Source: Trypanosoma brucei (Eukaryota). Taken from it: a stretch of 64,000 bases of DNA. This document shows, piece by piece, positions 32,044-43,519 of the stretch (the stretch's first letter is position 1; every line of letters starts with the position of its first letter). The position numbers and the translations under genes were made by a program. The stretch is taken from assembly GCA_000002445.1 (NCBI GenBank), contig CP000071.1:2240001-2304000 (forward strand), read 5' to 3'. The notes beneath the pieces were generated by a model. The model saw nothing but the letters and a program-made list of their open reading frames with translations, ran no database searches and was not told where the DNA came from.

Positions 32044-32942
32044 GTTGAGCGTCATTTGTTTCAAATGGCGTCTGTTTCTCTTCTTATAGATTGATTTCCC
32101 TATAGTTTTTTTTGTGTGTTTTGTGTTTAAGCTCCCACGTGCTCGATTTTATGTTGTTTTGTAGTTGATGTGAGGAGATGTAGTGAAGCAGTTGCAAGTG
32201 GGAGACGTGGGGGAGACCGATGAAATGATGGGTTTGTGTGAGCCAGTCATTTTAATATTTCTATTTTGGGAACTGAAGTGATCTCCATGGGTTATATTTC
32301 TTCAAAATAAGATTGCTGACGACGCCAAGTGGATAGAGGAATATCCAACTTAACTTGCTGTATAGTCGTTAGAGATTACTTTTGTCGTCGTTTTTGTTCC
32401 CCTTCCATCCCCTTGTAACCACGTTTTTTTTTCTCGTTTTTAAAGATCATACTGCGGCGCCCTCGTTTTTGCACGCAACTTGCGTGTATTCCATCGGTTA
32501 CCTCTGGGGTCGTTTGTCTAGCAGTACTTTTTTTTTTTTCCACTGCCTGCTGATGTGTTCATGGTTGGGGCGGCGGGCATATGCGTGGCGCATTCTAGTT
32601 TTGACCATTGATGTACAATACAGGTGAATTGGTTGTGTTGGTGCATTTTGATTGTTATTGGTCTGTGTGTGTATACATATGGTATTGCTTAATGTTACAC
32701 GCTGAGTGGTGTGAGGCACTCCTGATTATTGATCCAATTGCTGCTGTTGTGTTCGCCTCTCGTATGCGTTTTTGTGTTTGTGTTTGTGTGTGTGTACACT
32801 GCCATTTGCGAAGTCCATTTTGTTGCTTGCAACAGGGCCACATTGTCGTCGTCTTAACGTCGCGAAGTTTTCAACCCCATCATTTTCTATACTGATAGCA
32901 GGCAAGGACGAAATTCCCTCAATAGAATCGACAGAACAAAGA

Positions 32943-32970
32943 AAGGTGTGTGTGTGTGTGTGTGTGTGTT
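32943..32970. repeat. (GT)n repeat upstream of the CDS at 33077
   Basis: The run aggtgtgtgtgtgtgtgtgtgtgtgtttgtgtg is read directly from the sequence. Confidence 0.85.
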
Positions 32971-33076
32971 TGTGTGCGCGCATTTATTGACAGAGGCTAA
33001 TCCGACAGATTATCTATTTTTTCCGTCATTATTATTATTATTACTATTATTGTCATTATTTTCGGAGCTATCCGTG

Positions 33077-33997
33077 ATGCTCAGTTCCTTGGATCACACG
33101 GCTACAGATGCCCTTCACAACTTCCAGGTTGCCCTGCGGCGCTCGCAGGAGGCTCTGCAACAGGAGGAGGCTCGTTTCAACCAACTCACACAAGCGATTC
33201 ATCAACAACAGGAAGTTAACAGTACACATCGTGAGTTTATTCGTGGGCAGCAGCAGCCGCGTCTCGACGCTCTCCATCGCGAAATCACTCGCCTTCGGTC
33301 GCTGCTCGATCAACAGCGGGAAGAGGCGGGATCTCAGCAGAGTCACCTTGAGGCAGTGCGGCGGCCGCGGCGTGAAGGTGAAGCGAGGGACCGGGAACTA
33401 CGTCGCAAAATTGAGGGACAGCGACGTGAATATTCACGACGTGCTGCGGCTGTGCAGGCTGCGTTATTGCAGTGGTGGAATCCGCAGAACAGTTTGGAGA
33501 ATTTGTCTGCCGTTGCTGAGCAGCGAGTGTTGGAAGCTGAGGCGCTCCGGTGCCAAGTTGCGGGGTTGCAGACGAGGTTGCAGGACCTCACCGCAACGGT
33601 GGTGGGGGAGGCGAATCAAAACCGCAACGGTGCCGGAACTGACAGCGTAGAAAAGGAGAGTAACACTGACAATGTTGCAGGTAAGGGAGGCGAGGCATCT
33701 GCCGAAGACCAATGCGATGGTGAAGGTTGTGTAGAGTCGCTTCGGCTGCGACTTCGGCAGCAGCAAGATCAACGTGAGGCTTTTGTGCGGAGCTCATCGG
33801 AGAACATATCTTTCCGCCGCAGAGAGTTACAGTCTCTTAAGGCGGACTTGCAGAAACTTTGTGCGGCGGTGGAAACTGCAGACGCCGCCCGACAGGAGGT
33901 GCAGCAGAAACTCCGTGGGGCATTGAATCAACAGAGTAACACCCGCGTGGTGTGCTGCCGGTGTGGACTAGATGTTGTTGGTTCGTTTGTTGCTTGA
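33077..33997 (+). CDS. Coiled-coil protein (about 306 aa). Function unknown.
   Basis: The track ORF starts at GTG in the (GT)n repeat (32948). The first ATG at 33077 follows a pyrimidine tract and AG (ttattattattattactattattgtcattattttcggag). The sequence is Q/E/R-rich and heptad-like, e.g. RRSQEALQQEEARFNQLTQAIHQQQE. Confidence 0.55.
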   Translation: MLSSLDHTATDALHNFQVALRRSQEALQQEEARFNQLTQAIHQQQEVNSTHREFIRGQQQPRLDALHREITRLRSLLDQQREEAGSQQSHLEAVRRPRREGEARDRELRRKIEGQRREYSRRAAAVQAALLQWWNPQNSLENLSAVAEQRVLEAEALRCQVAGLQTRLQDLTATVVGEANQNRNGAGTDSVEKESNTDNVAGKGGEASAEDQCDGEGCVESLRLRLRQQQDQREAFVRSSSENISFRRRELQSLKADLQKLCAAVETADAARQEVQQKLRGALNQQSNTRVVCCRCGLDVVGSFVA

Positions 33998-34965
33998 CAG
34001 CCCAGCATTTACCGCTGTTGCTGTTGTTCTGGGAGGCATGCTCACGATCCCACAGATGATCAAACCTGTCGTAACAGCTCGTTAACAATCGCAAAGGTTG
34101 CTCACGGTGACCCGTATATATGCCTTGTTTATCCGTTTGTGTAATACCCTTGTTATTTTCAATCCTTTTTAAGGGCCACTTCCTTTTTTTTCGTTCATTT
34201 TTGAGTATGTGCTAAAGCATGCGTGTACAGTTTCTCCCTAATTCCTGGATCTAAACATTTTGTTTTCATTTGTTATTTTTACCGTTATTTTTGCTATTGT
34301 TTTACCTTACTATGCCTATGCACCCCATGCTCGGGTGCTCTTCCCTTTTGGTTAACATGCCGCTTAGTGCACGTATATGCGAGCGCGGACGCATACTCTA
34401 TATTTTCTTTCATTGTTCGTTTTCTCTGTTTTTGTTTTGTTTTTACCCTACTCCCTTAAGTCTCTGCATTCTGTGGGCCTTTCCCACGCAATTCCTTCCT
34501 TTCCCTTCATATCTATTTCCATCTTCCATCTTCAATTTTCATTTTCATTTTTCTGTAACACAGTGTAAAGTATATATATATACATATATATATACATACA
34601 TTTTCAGAGTGCATTCACTTGTTACATTGCGTGTTTATTAAGAGAAAAAAAAATTAAACCAAGAAGGGACAAAGAGTAAGGGAAAGAAGAAGTGCGTTCA
34701 GGACGTGAGTGAATACTTGGAACTTTAGAAGCAACTGCGACCCACCTTTGTGGTTCAGCGTCCGTTAGGGATTATTTCCACTCAGTAACCTATAGGAACA
34801 CAAGGAGAAGAAGCAGAGGATTCGGTACACGGCTGTCAGACTACATCAGTGAAGCGGGAAGAAGTGTGTGTGTGTGAGGAAAAAAACAAAGCAACTTGTT
34901 TACTTCATTTTTCCTCTTTTTGCAACTTATATTGAGCGACAGGGGATACTACCAGGCCAGCCATT

Positions 34966-36480
34966 ATGCTTTTTCACACGACACCATGCAGTGTCAACGG
35001 CGTGCCGTTAGTTTCATTTAATGCCGTTGCCCCCTTCAACGCTTCGATGGGCGGCCCTCCTGTGGCGACTCCGCCGGGTCAACGGACATTAACGACATTT
35101 TATTCAGATCCCACGGCGTCGTGGCAAGCCGCGGTTCCGCTCGGTAAAATAGCCTCACCGCCGCCGCCCTCGCGCGGATCCGCAGCTTCGACCCCACCGA
35201 GCCTCACCGGCAGCAGCCCCAGCGTCCAACACTCCAGCCCCAACAGTCAACTCGGGTTTCGTGGCCACAGTGGCATAATTATCACCAGCGGTGGTGGTGG
35301 TAACGTGCATCAGTTCCATCCCCATCCTCAACAACATCCCACAATGAGTGGGAACAGCAGTATTAACAGTACCAGCAATATGAGCCCATTGCCACCGGGT
35401 GCCATGCCAGCGTGTGCTTGGAATCTTTCCATGTCGCCACCGCCGCCCTCTTCACAGCCAATTTATGTTGTTCTGCCACATGGTCCGGCACCAACAGCAG
35501 GAGGGCCGATGCCTCCCGGAGCGGCGTTGACAGCAGCGCGAGCCCCGTCATCTTTGCCCACTACTTTGCCATCCCGCCGCGGAAACGGAATGATGTATCA
35601 ACTTGGGGAGTGGTATGAGGGAGTCGTAAAGCGGTACAACCCGATGCGTGGCTTCGGTTTCCTTACGGCAACACATCATCTGCAGGTCATCCCGCCCGAT
35701 GTGGATAACAGGGCGGGATCTGTGAGTGATGCTGATGGCCAAAACTCGCAACAAACCGCATCACCACCCCAAGCCACATTACTGAGGACGCCCGTAACGG
35801 TCGGTGATGTGTTCGTGCACCAGTCATACATCCGAATGCAGGGGTTCCGTGCGCTCAGCACTGGTGACCGTGTTGCCTTCCGTGTTGGGAAACTTCCTGG
35901 TAAGGATGCGAATCAGGCTGTTTCAGTTCAATTACTATCCACGGCTAAGCCGGCAACTGGTGCAACTCCAACAGAGGAGGAGGAAGAGGACGTGCAGGGA
36001 TCATCATCGACAACAGCCACGACAGTTTTGTCAGGGTTTTCCCTCACGCAGCACTCATCTAAGGATCATGAGGGTGATGCGCAAAATAGTGCCCCTGGCG
36101 TTACGGAGCATGATGTTACTGATGAGAGCGTCACACATTCCGACATTACAGTGGAGCGACTTCTTGCACACATTACCAGGCATGCGATTCCCTCTTCTGT
36201 CGCATCAACTGCGGAGCCCCTCGACGGCACAGACGCTACGAATGATGACAATATTGGGGGAAATGACAATATGAAATGTTCCCGTGACGGATGGGTTGAA
36301 AATGCGCCAACTCAGCGCCGCCACCTTCCATTTTGCCCTCGCCTGGAAGAAGTCGCCGCAGCTCTTGAGGCCACTGATTTTCTTGGGGAAGCCGAACTGA
36401 CATCACCGCCTGCTCAATGGGGTTTATTGTCGCCAAGTACCGACGCTCGGGGGCTCTTTGGTGGATTTGATGGGAAATGA
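34966..36480 (+). CDS. Cold-shock-domain protein (504 aa), putative RNA/ssDNA-binding. Pro/Ser-rich N-terminus; the CSD carries an internal insertion.
   Basis: ATG-initiated ORF. YEGVVKRYNPMRGFGFLTA matches the CSD start G.VKWFN..KGFGFI. DVFVHQSYIRMQGFRALSTGDRVAFRV matches DVFVHFSAI...GF+SL.EGQ.V.F.V. A roughly 40-aa insertion lies between the two halves. Confidence 0.75.
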   Translation: MLFHTTPCSVNGVPLVSFNAVAPFNASMGGPPVATPPGQRTLTTFYSDPTASWQAAVPLGKIASPPPPSRGSAASTPPSLTGSSPSVQHSSPNSQLGFRGHSGIIITSGGGGNVHQFHPHPQQHPTMSGNSSINSTSNMSPLPPGAMPACAWNLSMSPPPPSSQPIYVVLPHGPAPTAGGPMPPGAALTAARAPSSLPTTLPSRRGNGMMYQLGEWYEGVVKRYNPMRGFGFLTATHHLQVIPPDVDNRAGSVSDADGQNSQQTASPPQATLLRTPVTVGDVFVHQSYIRMQGFRALSTGDRVAFRVGKLPGKDANQAVSVQLLSTAKPATGATPTEEEEEDVQGSSSTTATTVLSGFSLTQHSSKDHEGDAQNSAPGVTEHDVTDESVTHSDITVERLLAHITRHAIPSSVASTAEPLDGTDATNDDNIGGNDNMKCSRDGWVENAPTQRRHLPFCPRLEEVAAALEATDFLGEAELTSPPAQWGLLSPSTDARGLFGGFDGK

Positions 36481-39400
36481 GTGAGTTTCCTCTTCAACCT
36501 CGATCCTTATTTTGTCTGTGTTCTTTTTCTTTCTTTGTTTTTTTGTTTTTTTGTTTTTTCCTTCTTTTTTCCTTTTTTGTTTTTTTTTGTTTTTCGTGTC
36601 TTTCTTTCTTTCTTTGATTATATATCCTTCTTTCACTCTGTCATTACTTTTTGTTTTTTTTGATTCTTCTTTTTGGCTTCCCTGCGTTGTCGTTAAATCA
36701 GGTTTGCGTGTTTGTGTGTTACCTTCATTTCTTTTGCTGTTTTGTTTTGTTTTTTGTTTTTTGTTTTTCACGATTATCACCGTTCCTTTCCCGTAGTTTC
36801 GCAGCAGCGTCTCTGCATTGCTCCCACGGGGTGAACATCATTGCGCAGTCACGCTACTGCTTTGTGTATCCAAAGAGAAAAAAAAATCTTTTTTCTTCTT
36901 ATTTATTTATTGCACCGTGAAGGGCTCCTTATGAGTTTTCCCCACGGCATTGAGTCAGTTTATGTAAAACACCCCCTCCCCAAAAAAAAAAAAAAAGAAG
37001 AAAAAAAGAAAAGAAAATGAAATGAAAACAAATAAACAAATAAACGAAAAAAAAAAGCAACAACAACAACAGCAACGACAGAGGGAAAAGTGCGAACGAA
37101 AGAGCGATATGAGAATGGATGAGGAAAAAGAAAAAAGGAGGAAAAGAAAAAGGAGGAAGGAACAAAACACGATGAAAATATGTGTTTTTTTTTTTTGGTT
37201 TCCTCTACTTTTCCCCCTTCCTTCCTTTATTTTTTTCTCATTTTTTTTTCCTTTCATCTTTTTTTTTTTATTTAATTTAAAACAAGAAAAAAAAAACAAA
37301 TGAAATATCAAATGCGTACGAAAAAGAGAAAAAAAAAGCAAAAGGGAAAAAGGTAAAAGGATGAGGGAAGTGAATAAGAAAGAGGGATGGAAGGAGGAGG
37401 AGGAGAAAGGAGCAAAAAAAAAAAAAAAGAAAGAAAAGAAAAAGAAAAGGGGAAATAAAATGAGGTGTGAATTTGACATGAATTTTATTTTTTTTTCTCT
37501 CTTTCTCTTTTTCTCTCTTCTCTCTCCTCTTTTTTTTTTTCGTACTTTTGTTTCTTTTTCCTGTTTTTTTTTTGTTTCTTCATGTTTTATCTTCACGTTA
37601 TCCATTTTTACCCATTTTATCCACTTATCCTTTTTTTTGTTTTACCCATTTTTACCCATTTGCCTCTTTTTTTTTCTTTCTATTTTGGTTTTGGAGTGTT
37701 GTCGCCCGTTGTTTTCTTTTTCTTTTTTTTGTTTTTGTTTTTGTTTGTTTTTGATTTTCCCTCCTTTTCCTTAACTAATTTCCTTTCCCCCCACCTCTTT
37801 TTTTTATTTTTATTTGCTTAACTTTTGATATTTCCAGACCCTTCCCTCTTTTCCTCATTTATAATTATATAATAATTATCTCTCTGTGTGTGTGTGTTTT
37901 TTTTTCTTTCTTTTTTTTTTTGGTGTTTTGCTTGATTTTTGGTTGGGGCTCTTAATTTAAAATGTTTGATTTGATTGAATGAAACCGCGACCGTTCCTGT
38001 TCGCGTTTTTGCGTTTTTGCGTGTTTGTGTGAGATAAAAGGAGAGGGGTAACAAAAAAAAAATAATAATTAAATATAAATATATACATTAAAAAGAAGAG
38101 AAAAAGTGAGTGAGTGAGTGGAGTGAGTGGAGTGAGTGAAACAAAGCCGCCAAGTGCGCCCGTTTTTTTGTTTTTTTTTGTTGTTTTTTTTTGTTTTGTT
38201 TCGGTGAGACGGGGGAGGGGGGAAAAAAAAAAAGGAAGAAAGGAAGAGAGACACAAACACACACACAAACACACACATCCAGAAAAAAAAAACAAAATGA
38301 AATGAGATGTATTATTATGGGGGCGGGAGGGGGTGGGGGATGGAGATATATGACCACTAATATAAATGATATTGTAAATATAAATAAATAAACACATATA
38401 TGTATTTTTATTTATATATATTTATATATATATTTGTATGTATTTATTTATTTATAATATATGCGTGTGTTTGTGTGTGTGTGTGTGTGTCTGTGAATCA
38501 CAAATGAAAAAATAAGTTAAGTGGATAAGAGAAAAGAGAAAAAAAAAGAGAAAAAAAAGTAANNNNNNNNNNNNNNNNNNNNNNNNNNNNNNNNNNNNNN
38601 NNNNNNNNNNNNNNNNNNNNNNCACAAATGCACGTATTTTTGGTCCCTTCATTTTGTTCTTTGTTTTTTTTTTATTTTGTGTTTTTAAATTATTTTGTTG
38701 CCTTTCAACGAGCGATGACAGAAGGGGAAGGAGAAATAAGAGGAGCAACTGTTATTTATCTCCAACACGTGTTTGTTGTTGTTTTGTTTTTAAAAATATA
38801 TTTACATATATATATTGTTCCTTCCTGTCGTAATGCGTTGTCATGAACTTTTTTTTGTTTTTTGTTGTTTTATTTTTCCCCTTCGTATGTGTGTTTGTGT
38901 TTGCTTGTGTCTTTCCGTCTATTCATTCTTTTTCTTATTTCCATTTTTTGTTTATTTTATACAACTTCCGCTCTGACGTGAAGGGACTTGAGCTTCCACA
39001 TGCGCATGCATTTATTTTATTTTTATTTTTATTTTCGTTATTTTTATTATTATTATTATTGCTGTTGTTGTTGTTGCTACCACTTCCGATTCCGCCGCTG
39101 AGTGTCTTTTTTTTTTTTTACTTCTTTTTTTTTTCCTTACGTGTGCGTGTGATTTTACGCGTGTGTAAATGAGGCCCCATTTGTTTTTTTCCCTCCTCAT
39201 TTTTACGTTTTACTTCTTTACTTGCTTTTTTTTTTTCTACCACTAACTTTAATTTTAATTTTTCTTTTTTTTCTTTTGGTGTGTGTGTCTTCTTTTTTCT
39301 TTGTTTTTAATTGAATATCGTCCCACTTTGTTTTTTTGTTTTGTGTTACTTCTAATTTTTCCTTTCCTTTTCTTTTTTTTTTGTTTAACCCCAACGGCAA

Positions 39401-39960
39401 GACGGACTTTTCTCGTTTTTTTCTTTTTAAATTTTGGTTCTGTACGGCCTCGTCCATTTTCCTCGCGATTTGTTTTTTTTTGTTTTTTGTTTCCCACTAT
39501 GCTCATACCGGTTTTGCTGTTATTGCCATTATGATTATTATTTTTGTTCCATTGGTCAAAATATTTCTCAACTTTTCTTCTTTTTTTTTTTACTTTACTT
39601 TACTTTTTGTTTTGAGTGTTGCGACCAAAAATTCCATGCGGCCCCCCTCATCATCTTCTGTTTTGTTTTGTTTTTTGTTTTATTTTATTTGTTTTCAACT
39701 CAATTTACTGCAGGTTTTCTTTTTTGTTATTGCAGTGGAGAAATCTTTTGATATCTCAACTTACAGCAGCTCTCATTTTCTACCATTCAAATTCTTCTCA
39801 CCTTTTCTCCCGTTTGTGTTTCTTCTTCTTTTTTTTCTTTTTTCGTTGAATTTTTAAATCTTCTGTTACCTTCCATTTCATTAGCGTAGCAGATATCCAT
39901 ACGTATACATAACAAACGTGTATATCTGCAACGGTGTAGGTTTGCTATTTGCCGTGTTTG
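36481..39960. repeat. About 3.5 kb of extreme low-complexity spacer: T-rich runs (36481-36920) switch to a purine-rich plus strand (36960-37480), then mixed T-runs, (GT)n, (AT)n and (GTGAGTGA)n. Contains the assembly gap.
   Basis: Read directly from the sequence. All ORFs here translate to poly-F/L/K/E low-complexity peptides on both strands. Confidence 0.8.
38563..38622. other. Assembly gap (60 N)
   Basis: A run of n characters. Confidence 1.
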
Positions 39961-40000
39961 TGTGTGTGTGTTGGTTATTAGTTCCCGACTATTACACATT

Positions 40001-43000
40001 ATGAGTGGGCGCCTGTCTTCTTGTGAACTTCCTGAACCACGGCGCAGTGAAATCATGTCTGCGGCTGGAAGGCGCTCGCAACTCGCCTTAGCAGTTAACC
40101 GCACGCTGGATCGCAAATCATTATTTTATACTTCATCCAACACACACAACACGGCCGTCGATGCAGCGGGCAGTTCTCGAATCAGCGGTATCAATGAGCA
40201 TAAATTAGACACTTGCACCAACACCACCATTAGGGATGTGGTAAAATGCGCAATTAATAGGGGTTCTGGTATCACCGATTCAGCGACTGCAGTGAGGGCG
40301 TTGTCGGTATTGCCATCGGAAACACTCATGTCATCTTCAAGACCATCTGAATTATTGTCTCATTGTCCTCTTTCCGGTAGCTTGAGGGAAAGAGGTGCGG
40401 ATCCATTAAGGTCAATGCAACCAACTTCACAACTCAGTTTTATGACATGCAGCAGTGCTGGCCCAAGAATCAGCGCAGGTAAAAGGGTGAGTGCACCTCC
40501 CAGAGTGGAACCAACAGTGAGCTGCAGAATTTCAACCATGCAAATTAGTCCACGACTGAGTTGTATCGCTGACCGTAGCGGCGCTGTTGCGCGATCTGAT
40601 ATCGCTGTGGGCGGCAGATCGGCACTAGTGGGGGTGCACTCACCACAGCCGCGAGTGATTAATAGCGGTCGTGTAGCATATGGTACGTATACGCGGAGAA
40701 GCACTGAAAATGACGGTGTTGCTCCGGCAAGGTGTGCACCTGCAATTTCGTCCACGTCCAGCTCTGCTCGTATTGCTGCAATTCGTAGTGAAAAGTCTGT
40801 TCTTCCCCCAGCCGCTATCGCAACCACAACCGCAACACCAACGAAAACAACTCCTGTCACTCCTGTTAGCGCATCCAGTAGCGCGAGCATTCATTTTGCA
40901 GTTTCCAGAACAGCGGCGCCACGTAATGGAGCCGCTGCTGACAATAGTGGCAGTGGTACTCGCGCTGCGCCGGATGTGTCTGCCTTTCGTAATTCGAGGC
41001 TTTCCGATCATGAAGGAGCTCAGCAGCTGATTAGCCCGGAAAAACAAGCGCGCGATGCTGATGGATGCACTGGAGCCAAGGGTGTTTCAAGGCGACTGTC
41101 TTTTGATGATGGGGCCGTGAAGATGGGCTCGAACTCTTTGGATTTCTCAAAGGATAGTACGAAGGCGTCGTCCAGAGTAAACGGGGCTGACAAACCAGAG
41201 CAGACGACCGTTTCACTAAGCGCTAATACTCAACAATGGAGGGAGGAGTCGAGGACTACCTTAACCCCTGTGCGTCGTCCCACTGCGCCACCTACCTTTA
41301 TTTCTACTCTCGATCCCTGTCCTGTTAATGTCAATGAAGGAGTGGTGACAACAACAAAGTCATCAGCGGACGAGGTGGTACTGGGAAAACATGTACAGGA
41401 AAATGATGTAAGGGCTCATGGGCGAGAAAGACAAACGGTCAATGTCTCCCGCTTGCACAGTTACGCGGGTGCACCCGTCCATGAAACTGGGCAGAAGCCG
41501 TTCATTAGAGAAAGTGTGTGTGGAACCGACAGTGATCGATCACAATCAAATGTCGTGTCTTCTCGTATCAGTCAAGGAGACATCAGATTCTGCAGCGCTC
41601 TTCGGCCCAAATTTGACATGTGTTCCGGTCGTTACGGTGACAAAGTGGCTCAAGTGAAAATGAGCAGATGCCATAGCGCTGGATCAAGGTTGTTGCCAGC
41701 GTCGAGGGAAAGTGGTGGAACACTCTTCAACGATGAGCGTAACACTAGTTTTGGCGCTCGCAGTCGTGCTCGTGCGAGCGATCAGGTTGGTTGTAATAGT
41801 CATAAGGAAGCTAATGGTTCTAGTCATGCAGCGTCTTTGGTTTCGACAACAGCAGGTGGTCGGTTGGAAAGAGCGGAACGGCGTCCCATACCTCCTGCAT
41901 CACAGTGGAAGGGGACGTGTTTTCCTGCATCCCTCACCGCTGTCGATCGTGCTAGCGGCTCAAATACATATGCTGCTACCACCGCTAAAAGGGCTTCTTC
42001 TACTGATGCGCAAACCTCTGAAGGTTGTGGTGCTTTCCTTCGCGGATTAAAATTGGCATCATCTGGCGCAGCTGATTCAATGGAGCCCCAAGTCATTCCC
42101 CCTACTTTTTCCAAAGACACAGAGACCACATTAACCTTCACCCGGTGTGTGACTGAATTTTGTACAACGATCCTCCAGGAGCGAGACCGTCGACATGATG
42201 CGGAGGCGGGGGCGGAGGTGAAGGCTTGCCATCCTACACGGAAAAGTGGTTCTATGGATGTCACATCTCTTTGCTTTTCCCGCTGTGCTTCGGGTCGCAT
42301 CGTGCCTCAGTCACGTGAGTGGCCCCGTCGTGCCGACCCCACTTCCCAAAAGCGTCTTAGCTGCCCGTCAGTTCCTCTCCGTCGTTCTGCAACGGCGCCG
42401 TCATGGCGGTGTCGGATGTCTACGCGTGAAGAAACCACTTGCCCAATTAGGGCTCCCAGCCCTACGAATACCACAACATCATCCACCGCTTCGGTTCTCC
42501 TCCGTGTGCGGAATGTACTCGACGAGCGCCGTGCGCGAATTCAAGCGAGTTTGCAAGAGTGGCGGAATGGTACGAGTGAGGCGGGTGGCAACGCTGCAAA
42601 GGCAGTAGTGCTCGCCCGTGTCGATCAGTCCAATCATCAACAGTTGAAGTTCAACAGGGGCGGAGGTAGTGGCAGTGGGAGCAGTGGCGGATGCTACGGT
42701 ATAAGCAGCAGCAACACACCCGGGGAGATGACAGAACGGGTTGACAAATCCCATGAGAGGTCAGAGGAGGAGGAACACACGCCCCTTCAGGCGCCGCTTC
42801 ACGGGGATGAGTCCCACATGCAACAAAAAAGGTATGTATTATTAGCGAGTGAAAGCGTTGCATCACCGAAAAGAATTAATAGTAGCGATCACCATGGCAC
42901 TGACGATAGCGAAGGGAATGATACAAATCACATTAGTGTTGGAGGAGATGCCGCGAGGAGGGGCGAGCAACACGTGGATTGCGACAATTGCGTGTCTGAT

Positions 43001-43519
43001 GGCTACGAAGCCGACTATTGTGATGATGATGATGATGATGACTGTGGTGAGTCAAGCCACAGTGATGAGGATCCGTGGTGGTTCTTTGAATACTTTTGGA
43101 GCGGTCCTGCTATTGTCGTTGTACCACCAGCTTTTGTGCCCCCACTGAATTTCGCTAAACTTCTTATACCCGATGACGGAACTGCGCTAAAGAAGTACGC
43201 TATTCCATTGCCGACCCCAATGCCTCTGTCACCAACGAGAGCCAACCGGACCGTTCCGACTGATTTTGTAGCGCCCCCCGCGTTTAACCCGCCGCATTCC
43301 TCAGCAGCATGTAGTGGTTCTCGTAGGAGACGCCTGGCTGAAGTTAAACAAACTGAAACCTCAGTTGAGGCGAAACGGGAGAGAGGAGTAAGTGTTAAAA
43401 TATTGCTGTTGGAAACGGCAGAGCGGCGCAGTCGGCGGTTGCGGCATCAGGAAGAGATCGCTAGTCGCTGGGCTTTGCAAGAGCAACGTGCTGAAGAGTT
43501 AAGATGCCAAGGACTTTGA
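40001..43519 (+). CDS. Large (about 1170 aa) Ser/Thr/Ala-rich low-complexity protein with a C-terminal acidic/aromatic cluster. Function unknown.
   Basis: The track ORF starts at GTG in a (GT)n repeat (39962). The first ATG at 40001 follows ttattag. It is a continuous 3.5 kb ORF on the same strand as its neighbours. The C-terminal motif is DYCDDDDDDDCGESSHSDEDPWWFFEYFW. Confidence 0.7.
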   Translation: MSGRLSSCELPEPRRSEIMSAAGRRSQLALAVNRTLDRKSLFYTSSNTHNTAVDAAGSSRISGINEHKLDTCTNTTIRDVVKCAINRGSGITDSATAVRALSVLPSETLMSSSRPSELLSHCPLSGSLRERGADPLRSMQPTSQLSFMTCSSAGPRISAGKRVSAPPRVEPTVSCRISTMQISPRLSCIADRSGAVARSDIAVGGRSALVGVHSPQPRVINSGRVAYGTYTRRSTENDGVAPARCAPAISSTSSSARIAAIRSEKSVLPPAAIATTTATPTKTTPVTPVSASSSASIHFAVSRTAAPRNGAAADNSGSGTRAAPDVSAFRNSRLSDHEGAQQLISPEKQARDADGCTGAKGVSRRLSFDDGAVKMGSNSLDFSKDSTKASSRVNGADKPEQTTVSLSANTQQWREESRTTLTPVRRPTAPPTFISTLDPCPVNVNEGVVTTTKSSADEVVLGKHVQENDVRAHGRERQTVNVSRLHSYAGAPVHETGQKPFIRESVCGTDSDRSQSNVVSSRISQGDIRFCSALRPKFDMCSGRYGDKVAQVKMSRCHSAGSRLLPASRESGGTLFNDERNTSFGARSRARASDQVGCNSHKEANGSSHAASLVSTTAGGRLERAERRPIPPASQWKGTCFPASLTAVDRASGSNTYAATTAKRASSTDAQTSEGCGAFLRGLKLASSGAADSMEPQVIPPTFSKDTETTLTFTRCVTEFCTTILQERDRRHDAEAGAEVKACHPTRKSGSMDVTSLCFSRCASGRIVPQSREWPRRADPTSQKRLSCPSVPLRRSATAPSWRCRMSTREETTCPIRAPSPTNTTTSSTASVLLRVRNVLDERRARIQASLQEWRNGTSEAGGNAAKAVVLARVDQSNHQQLKFNRGGGSGSGSSGGCYGISSSNTPGEMTERVDKSHERSEEEEHTPLQAPLHGDESHMQQKRYVLLASESVASPKRINSSDHHGTDDSEGNDTNHISVGGDAARRGEQHVDCDNCVSDGYEADYCDDDDDDDCGESSHSDEDPWWFFEYFWSGPAIVVVPPAFVPPLNFAKLLIPDDGTALKKYAIPLPTPMPLSPTRANRTVPTDFVAPPAFNPPHSSAACSGSRRRRLAEVKQTETSVEAKRERGVSVKILLLETAERRSRRLRHQEEIASRWALQEQRAEELRCQGL

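Noticed and set aside
32041-32050. GTAAG immediately after the stop-adjacent codons of the CDS ending at 32043, which looked like a cis-splice donor
   Set aside because: - Cis-splicing is extremely rare in kinetoplastids.
- The ORF ends cleanly with TAA, and there is no downstream in-frame continuation or branch/acceptor context.
36955-37605. Low-complexity ORFs in spacers (e.g. 36955-37605 -, 39336-39857 +, 55061-55585 -, 10371-10985 +, 18611-18985 -)
   Set aside because: - They translate homopolymer and microsatellite DNA into poly-F/L/K/E/N peptides.
- They occur on both strands of the same repeats and are not genes.
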